From the NCBI RefSeq assembly GCF_018977255.1, contig NW_024704751.1, forward strand, positions 14,012,001 to 14,076,000: a stretch of DNA of 64,000 nucleotides, written 5' to 3'. The notes under the pieces were generated by a model. It was not told the DNA's origin, made no database searches, and worked only from the letters and a program-made list of their open reading frames with translations. Source of the DNA: Callorhinchus milii (lineage: Eukaryota). Position numbers and translations under genes: made by a program. Position 1 is the stretch's first letter, and each line of letters opens with the position of its first letter. Below, piece by piece: positions 55,801 through 64,000 of this stretch.

Positions 55801-58800
55801 TGAAAGTGTGTGATTGTTGACTAAAACTTATTTCTCCGATAGGATCTGAGACAAATTTGAATCTTAAATGTTTTCTGCACAGTGACTCAGAAAAGGAATA
55901 GCAAAATATTTAGCATATTTATTTTGACTATCATAAATCTGTTGGGATATAGTAGGTAACAAATTTGGATTAATCCAGCCATTCCACTTCCAGTAGTTAT
56001 TTGTTTTTCGTTGGAAAAAATGCTAACCTACTCAACTGATTTAATTAAAACGACGGCATCTCTTGCTTCAGTGGGAGACATTAATTTCACCTTCATCTAC
56101 TTGACCATTTCACATTGCAAAAAAGTAACGGCTGCTATTCACTTTGGATTATGTCGCATGTAATTGTGCAGAATTCACATGAATTATTAACATTATTTCA
56201 GGCACTGCTGGAGCGAACTGGCTACACTCTGGATGTAACTACAGGTCAAAGGAAATATGGGGGCCCTCCTCCAGAAAGTGTGCATTCAGGTCCACAACCT
56301 GGAATTGGAACGGAGGTAAGTCATTTGCTTTGATGCAATGTCAGTACATTAAATGATTGAATTTTTCAGTGATGCTCAGGATGTATAGAAACTTGGGAGA
56401 ACAAATCTGTATGCATGACCGCTCACATGTAGAGGGCACCAAACAGCAGTTGCTCTGCTACGGAAGGAAAGAGGGATGTTTATGGCTGACGATGGTGACT
56501 TAACTTTGCTGTCCTACTCAGGTATTTGTTGGGAAAATACCAAGGGACTTGTACGAGGATGAGCTTGTTCCATTGTTTGAAAAGGCTGGTTATATCTGGG
56601 ACCTGCGACTGATGATGGACCCACTGTCTGGTCAGAATCGTGGCTATGCTTTTGTGACTTTCTGCACCAAGGAGGCAGCACAGGAAGCTGTCAAACTGGT
56701 AAGAAGCTTTTTGGTTTTAATTTTCCAAAGACAATACTAAAAACAGCTCAAAAGCCTTAAAAAAAATTTGAACTGTTTTCATTATCGTAGCCTTTCATGT
56801 GCATTGCAGTTTTATTTAACCCTTCCTAACCAAAGTGGTACAAGAAAGGTTGCAAGTTCCCATTGAAAATGATTCCTGAAATATCTGGGTTGGGAAGGGT
56901 TAACCTACAAACATCACACAAATATCCCATTGAATTTATACATCTCTTGATTTTCTTTCATAGTGCGATAACTTTGAAATCCGGCCTGGTAAACACATTG
57001 GAGTTTGCATTTCTGTGGCCAACAACAGGCTGTTTGTTGGTTCTATTCCAAAGAACAAGACCAAGGAAAACATCATGGAAGAATTTGGCAAAGTCACAGG
57101 TTAGGATAAAAAACATCTGGGTGATTTATTTAACACAGCCGAAACCCATTTGTATCTTCAAAAATATTTTGAATTTGTTTCAAATCTGTAGGGTTTATTT
57201 TTGAAATGGATGTTCATCAAATGGTTGGGTAGAACATGTGTGATACTCTGTTAAAAACGAAAATTGATTTAAAAATAATTAAAAGGCACACGAGACATTC
57301 CTGTGTAATCTTCAGTTTTGTTCATTTTTCCAGTCCACTACCATTCTCACCATATTACTCTTAGCTCATGTAGAGCAAGTCTTCTCTGTATTCTATTTTG
57401 AAGTTAACTGCTATGAACATGTTCTTCACAAATCATGGAAGATTAAAAATGTGTTACTTTTGTTCTGATGTTTTTAAACTAAGTTATGAATGTTGTATCT
57501 TCTGTAATAATATTTTACCACAAACTTTTGGTGTCGTACAAATCTCATAGTGTTCATATTATTTAAAAAATGTTCTTTAACCTGTATGTTAAATTTACAG
57601 AATGAGTAACGCTATGAATTTCCATATTATTCCGGACAAATGATTCTTTCTACGAAATTGCCAAATTTCAGTGCAGCATAAACTGGTAATTTATTTGGTG
57701 AGATAGAGAAATTGAAATTTAAAAAAAATCTCAAAACACATACAAGGCCATTCAGAAAATATATAAACTTTCACTCAGGCAAAAAACTCTTGCCTCAATT
57801 TTTTTGTCCCAGTACACAATAAAATAGTTGCCATATAACCTTCAATATTTTCAAAACTATGCTCATCTCCTTGTTTTTAAATGAATCATTTTTTTTTAGC
57901 ATTTCAAGCGCTTAAGATCATGCATCTGATCAACAAGAAATTCAGTTCTGCCAGTATGTCCTTATAGCTTGACCGTTTGAGTCTATAGTCAGTTATCTTA
58001 GCCACTGCTGGACCTGAGGTCAAAGTGGTCCTTCTGTCGGGGCAGTCACCGTCTGTGGACAGAAGCTACATTAAAATTGCAGGATAAGGCCAGAATACAG
58101 CATTGACTGGCGGTTAAATGCATCAATTGATTGAGAAAGATCCTACATCCTTTAGGCTGTAGAACATCTGACCTGCTGTTAAGTGCTGACTGACTTATTT
58201 GTAGCAATGCAAGATGCAGTTGGACAGTTTTTATCCTTTAGAGTTGAAATCCTGTGTTTGTAGCCTTCTATCATCTTATTAATTGCTATGAGAGGCTCTA
58301 TGCCCTTTTCCTCCTTGGCATTTAACATTAGCAACCCAAATCAGTCTACAGCAACCTATTATCCTAGCAAGAGATGATCAGGTTATGATAATGAAATCTC
58401 ATTTATTGCATATGAAACCTTGAAGTTTCCTTGGTGTGTATCTTTCTATGCAATAAAGCTTTCTGCTCAGTTTGAGCTTGTGGCATGCTGGGATGTTTTA
58501 AGCAAATACAAAGAGTTTCTGTATTGTGGGAGGATTCTAGCCAATCTTTCTTTGGTTATCACGTATCTGTTCCTATATCAGAATCACTTTTTTTTCTTAC
58601 AGAGGGTCTCACTGATGTTATACTTTATCATCAGCCTGATGATAAGAAGAAAAACAGGGGCTTCTGTTTCCTCGAATTTGAGGATCATAAATCTGCTGCA
58701 CAGGCCAGGCGAAGGTTAATGAGTGGCAAAGTTAAAGTGTGGGGAAACGTAGTCACTGTTGAATGGGCAGACCCTGTTGAGGAACCAGATCCAGAAGTGA

Positions 58801-60621
58801 TGGCAAAGGTAATGTATCCAGAACCAAAGAAAGGTTCGTCAATAGCGAGACAGTGGCTCAAATGTAAGTGAGATGAAGAAAATGATACACAATAATAATT
58901 TACAGTCCACTTCACCTTTATCTGTCACTTTGTGGTGCAGTTTAGCATGCAGTTTAACTGGGACAAAATCCATAAGGCTCAAAGACCCTGTGAGGGAATG
59001 TGAAATGAATATGCATTGTACATTGAAATTTCACTCCCATCCACCAGAGATTTACCATTTGTTAATGAAAACTCTTGTGTCAGTCTGGTTGGCATCTCAA
59101 TTAGTAGCATTGGTTCATTTTTTTTTGTCTGCAGGTCAAAGTGCTGTTTGTGAGAAACCTGGCCAGCTCTGTCACTGAAGAAATCCTTGAGAAAACATTT
59201 AGTCAGTTTGGAAAGCTGGAACGAGTGAAAAAGTTGAAGGATTATGCTTTTGTTCATTTTGAAGATCGAGATGCAGCAGTAAAGGTTTGTATAAGATCGT
59301 TATACAGCATAGTTTGTTGCAAGTACTAGTGTTATTTCTGTTAAACTTTCTTCAATGACTTGCATTTGATGGGTAAGATGGAAGTTGTTGCTCCTTATTA
59401 ATTAAATAAAAGTGTGGATTCATGGAAGATGTAGTGCAGCCCATCCAATTTTTAATAGCTCTGTTTAATGGATATGTAAAATAAATTAAGGGGCGATTAC
59501 CAAATTAAGAGGTGAACATGCATACTTTCCTCGTCTTCATTTTTGCGTGTCCTGAAATGAAATGATATAACTGGATACACTTGCATTGGTCAAAACTGGA
59601 ACTTCCACTGCTTAACTTTGGGTTCAAACTGGGGAGTGAGTTTATCAACTGAAGTCTTTGGAAGAGTTCTCGACTATTTTAATTTTTTTTCATATTTGTA
59701 CTCTTTATGCAGTAGATTTAAAGTGACAATTTATTTTCAGTTGGTGTTTGTACCCTTTGTGTTGATCAAAGTTTTTTTTTTCTTGTGGCAGGCAATGGAT
59801 GAAATGAATGGAAAACCAGTGGAAGGAGAGGCGATCGAAATAGTTCTTGCGAAACCACCAGACAAGAAAAAGAAAGAGCGTCAGGCTCAAAGGCAGGCCT
59901 CAAGAACCCAGGTGTAAGTTAATTCATAATCGGGGACTGAAGCAATTAATGCATAGCTCTGTTGTTTTCCGCAAACCGAACTAATAAAGCTTGTTTCATT
60001 CACAGGTATGAAGATTATTATTACTACCCTCCGCCCCGTATGCCACCTCCAATAAGAGGTAGAGTCCGTGGAGGTAGAGGTAGTTATGGCTATCCCCCAG
60101 ATTATTATGGCTATGAAGATTACTATGATGATTACTATGGTTACGATTATCATGATTATCGCGGGGGTTACGAAGATCCATACTACGGTTATGATGATGG
60201 CTACCCAGTCCAGCGAGGAAGAGGTGGACGGGGTGGTAGAAGTGCACTCCCCCCTCCGAGAGGCCGTGGTGTGCCCCCACCCCGAGGAAGGGCAGGATAT
60301 CCTCAACGTGGAACACCAGTAGGACCTCCGAGAGGTACTAGGGGTAGCAGAGGAGGAGGAGGCCCACAGCCACCGCAGAGAGGACGTGGGGCCCGCGGCG
60401 GGAGGGGCAACCGTGGTGGCAACGTAGGAGGAAAGAGAAAAGCAGACGGATACAACCAGCCAGATTCCAAGAGGCGTCAGACCAACAACCAACAGAATTG
60501 GGGCTCCCAACCCATCGCCCAACAGCCTCTCCAGCAAGGTGGTGATTATTCTGGTAACTATGGTTACAATAATGACAACCAGGAGTTTTATCAGGATACT
60601 TATGGGCAGCAATGGAAGTAA
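52887..60621 (+). CDS. HNRNPR: Heterogeneous nuclear ribonucleoprotein R, 10 coding exons, 635 aa
   Basis: Exons 52887-53046, 54545-54663, 55026-55133, 56202-56315, 56522-56698, 56964-57099, 58603-58808, 59135-59284, 59792-59913, 60006-60621 (1908 nt). Acidic N-terminus, three RRMs, RGG region. [27 protein letters not shown] and [29 protein letters not shown] favour hnRNP R over SYNCRIP. AATAAA at 61282. Confidence 0.96.
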
Positions 60622-63600
60622 GCAAATGGGGGTTTCAGTGAGTTTGTTGAGACCCGCTGGGCTAAACTCTGCATCCTTCAAATCTTGATTGGCTTAACTC
60701 TACATCCTTCAGTACAGATTGGCTGCCACATGCATTTTGCTGATATCAAGAATCACTATTGTATATACCAGATTTTTTTCATAATTGCACTTGGACATTT
60801 CTGGCTTACATTTTCCCTTAATAATTCTTTGGGGGAAAAGGTGCTTTTATTTGTTTTAAGCGACTTTTTAGCAGTTTGAAAGGAAACTTTGGACTTTGCT
60901 TTCAGATGTTGGGCACAATTTCAATCATGGTTTTGCAGAATTGACTGGTATTTGGACAGTTTCACTGGTTTGTGGCTTTGGGATTAGACTGCCATTGGAG
61001 TATGCTGTATATACAGTAAACGCTAGTGTTTTTGTCTTAGTATTTTTAAGATAAGCTTGTAGTTTAAAACATTTTTTAAGTTTTCTTGTATTGAAAGTAA
61101 CATTTAACTGTGTGTTTTGCATTTGTAGAGTAGGTAAATTGTGTTTTTAAGAAAAAATGTTAGTAGCTTCACACCTTAAGAATCTGCCCTACAAAAATTT
61201 GGTTTGGCTTAATCGTACAATCCGTGGCGTTTTGTTCATTGATGTGATTGTATTTACAATTTATTGTTCATGTCAAATTTCAATAAAACTTAAAACTATA
61301 TTATCCAAAAATTCATGATTCAAATTCAATTGTGTTCTGCAAATTTGATAAACCGTGATTACTTTCAAACCAACAGCTTTCCCCCAAAAAACTGCTTATG
61401 TGAGTGATCAAATCAATAGTTTGACTTAATTACAGCTAGTCTGGTATGAAGGGGACAGGTGAAGGAAGAATAGGTTTTGTAGCCATTGAATACTTTTCAC
61501 CTTGATGTCAGATTTGCAGTAGTCGTGCCTGTTTAATATAACACAATGCTGTTTTAAGCCTTAGTTACTCTTCGTAGGGTTTCTCACAGTTGTAATTCTG
61601 TTGAACATAATGTCTTCTTAGAATGCAGTAGATGGTATGTTCAGAAGCTTAATGGGTCTTAATGGTCTTATAGAGGGAGAATCTCTACTATCCCTTTATT
61701 TTAAAAATGATTTTTTTTGTGACTAACATCCTTTTTTCTTTTGCTTTAAAAAGAATCTTCAATCGTGTGAATTGATATCCTCATTGGGGAATTGGCTCGG
61801 ACTTGCATGAAGTTGAAGTACTAATTCAAGCAGTTAAGATTTTATTCTGAAGACCAGTTCTGGCTATTTTAACTCACGTACACCGTCCAGCTCCAAAATG
61901 GCTCTCTATTTCCACCAACGCCCCCCTCCATGTTATCAGCAATTAATATTCCAAAGTAGGTAGGAAAGGAACGCTAAAACATTTTTTTAGAATAGATTGT
62001 TCTTTTGGATAGGGTAGTGTTGGGGACTCCCTCTTTAAATGAAATGAGTTCAGATAGTCCTATACCAGCTTCCAGTGAACAAGTCCACAACAAAAAATTG
62101 TCCTCAAATTTAGCACTTGGGTTTGAAATCGTGAGGGAAGTGTGAACAGTTTGTTGCCTTCTACTAAAATAGAGTTGACAAACCTGGGAGAATCTCTGCA
62201 TTGTATCTGACCTCAAGCATCCCTGAGTTAAACACACTTTCATCAGTCGTGGCAGAGTTTATCCCACTGCCTCGTGATGCTTATTTTGCAATAATGGGGT
62301 GGAAGGGGAGCTGTTCAGCATGTGTGAGTGTGTGGTGGGAGGGGGAGAGTGACTCATCACAATGTGAAATTATATATTAGGGGAAGGGTGAAGCACTTTG
62401 AGATGTTTCAACAAAATATAAGGTGTTATATCAAATGTGTTTTTGTTGCTCTGATTATTATTATGCTAATGAGAGCTTTAAGTGTTAGCCTCGTCTTAGA
62501 CATGTGCCCATTGTTAAACTTTACTGCTTCTACAGCTGTAACATTTAACTCTTTCAGGAATTTATAGCTGCTTGAAATTCAGTTCAATCTAGGCATTAGG
62601 GCTGGTGCTCCGAATTATACCGTGCAAATTACATACTTTATGTAATTATACATGTGGCTCATTGGCCGATTTATTGCCCTGTCGGCCAGAAGGAACGTGT
62701 GGTATTTTAGCACATGCAGTTTGTTTTAGGGCACATTTAGCCTTCACCCTCCAGTTTTTACTATTTTTAACAGTATTAGACTTAACAACACAAGCTATTC
62801 CTTAGGTATTTTTAACTGATCAATTTTTCATCAGACTTGTGGCTCGCAAAGCTAACTACTTCTGGGGAAAAAAACCTCCCCATTATAAAGATTTGCAATA
62901 AGGTTACGCAAGCTGGCCATGGCAGAAACTATTCTAAGTACTTGCCATAGAATAGACTATTGTCACCAGTTTCTCTTGCCACCCCCACACAAAAACATCT
63001 CCATTGTTAGCTTTTAATTGAGAAATCTAGTGCAGTGCTGTTTAGCTTTCTGAAATTGTATGTATTCAAGGTAGAATATTTGACTTAATTAGTTTCCAAT
63101 CTTCAAGAGTTCTGACTTGAATCTGAAGCACACATTCACACAAGTTGTTGAGTGAGTCTTATGAGGCAATAATTGAATGTTCGGGACCCAATGATCTCAT
63201 CGAGAGCACACAAGTTATTTGCATTGTTGCCGGAAAACCTTATGATTTGTGTATCATGCTTGAATTTGCTCTAAGCCCTTATAATAATTACTTCAAAAAA
63301 TAATAAATTTGTCACTCAATCCACGACCGATGGTGGGACTGCTGTGCCCAAAATATACAGTCAATTCACTTTATAGTATATTCTATGAAGCGCTTTGAGA
63401 TGTCTCAAAGACGTGATAAGGCGCTTTATCAATTGCATAAATTATTATAATGATGAATTGTTTTTACAGGTTAAAAAATCCTAATTGACCTAATAATTTG
63501 TTACACACATTTAGTGTTGTCGCTGTTTTAGTTTTCTGAATACAAAACAGTTTTTTTTTTGGAGTGATGCTTTTTGGAAAAAAATGATCCCGATAAAATG

Positions 63601-64000
63601 GTAACTAGACAGGGTCGTACTATGGAATTGCAGTGTGAATGAGGTTCTTCAAACTTCTTGGTGTTTCTCTTTAACCGCCCTCCTCACCACTGTCAAAGCT
63701 ACTGTTGGGCAAGACATTAAATTAGTCTAATTCCATGCTAGAAGGTGGGGGACAATGAAAGGGTCAGGTATCCTGGACTATAGAGAGTGCCTGACTTCAG
63801 AATGACATTCATACACTGAAGTGAACTTTGTCTGCACTGTCAAATCAGGATTAGTGTGTGGGCCTTGGCAATATGCAAATCTGGAAAATAGAGGTTATCG
63901 TGATAATCTTTACTCTAGTCTTAGCGTAGATGTTTTGTATGGTTCTAGTGTTATCCATTTAAGAGATTTAGACTTTAGAATTACAAAAAAAGTTAACCCT

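Noticed and set aside
52887-60621. SYNCRIP (hnRNP Q) assignment
   Set aside because: Despite the MATE start, diagnostic residues in the acidic domain, RRM1-2 and C-terminus match hnRNP R.
59887-60681. 264 aa antisense ORF over the last HNRNPR exon
   Set aside because: Mirror of the low-complexity Tyr/Gly/Arg-rich coding exon.

Overview
Vertebrate genomic DNA, most likely a cartilaginous fish (chimaera or shark-like), judged from its tRNA/Deu-domain SINEs, L2, CR1 and Penelope-like repeats. This taxon call is an inference. Five protein-coding genes were reconstructed by hand with GT-AG boundaries and continuous reading frames: PTAFR (-, single coding exon), DNAJC8 (-, 9 exons), ATP5IF1 (+, 3 exons, head-to-head with DNAJC8), RPL13A (+, 8 exons) and HNRNPR (+, 10 coding exons). 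RNA genes are a tRNA-Trp(CCA) about 170 bp head-to-head with the RPL13A start, two SNORD33 copies and one SNORD34 in RPL13A introns. The most notable observations are: (1) a duplicated SNORD33 cassette carrying a LINE-type 3' tail; (2) a 5-copy CCAAT/GC-box promoter array upstream of ATP5IF1; (3) a candidate recursive AG|GT splice site; (4) a U-free RPL13A acceptor with a hairpin; (5) an IF1 lacking three of the five mammalian histidines; (6) a reciprocally nested SINE/L2 pair. No wholly new system can be proven from the sequence alone. All family assignments come from recalled homolog sequences, not database searches.
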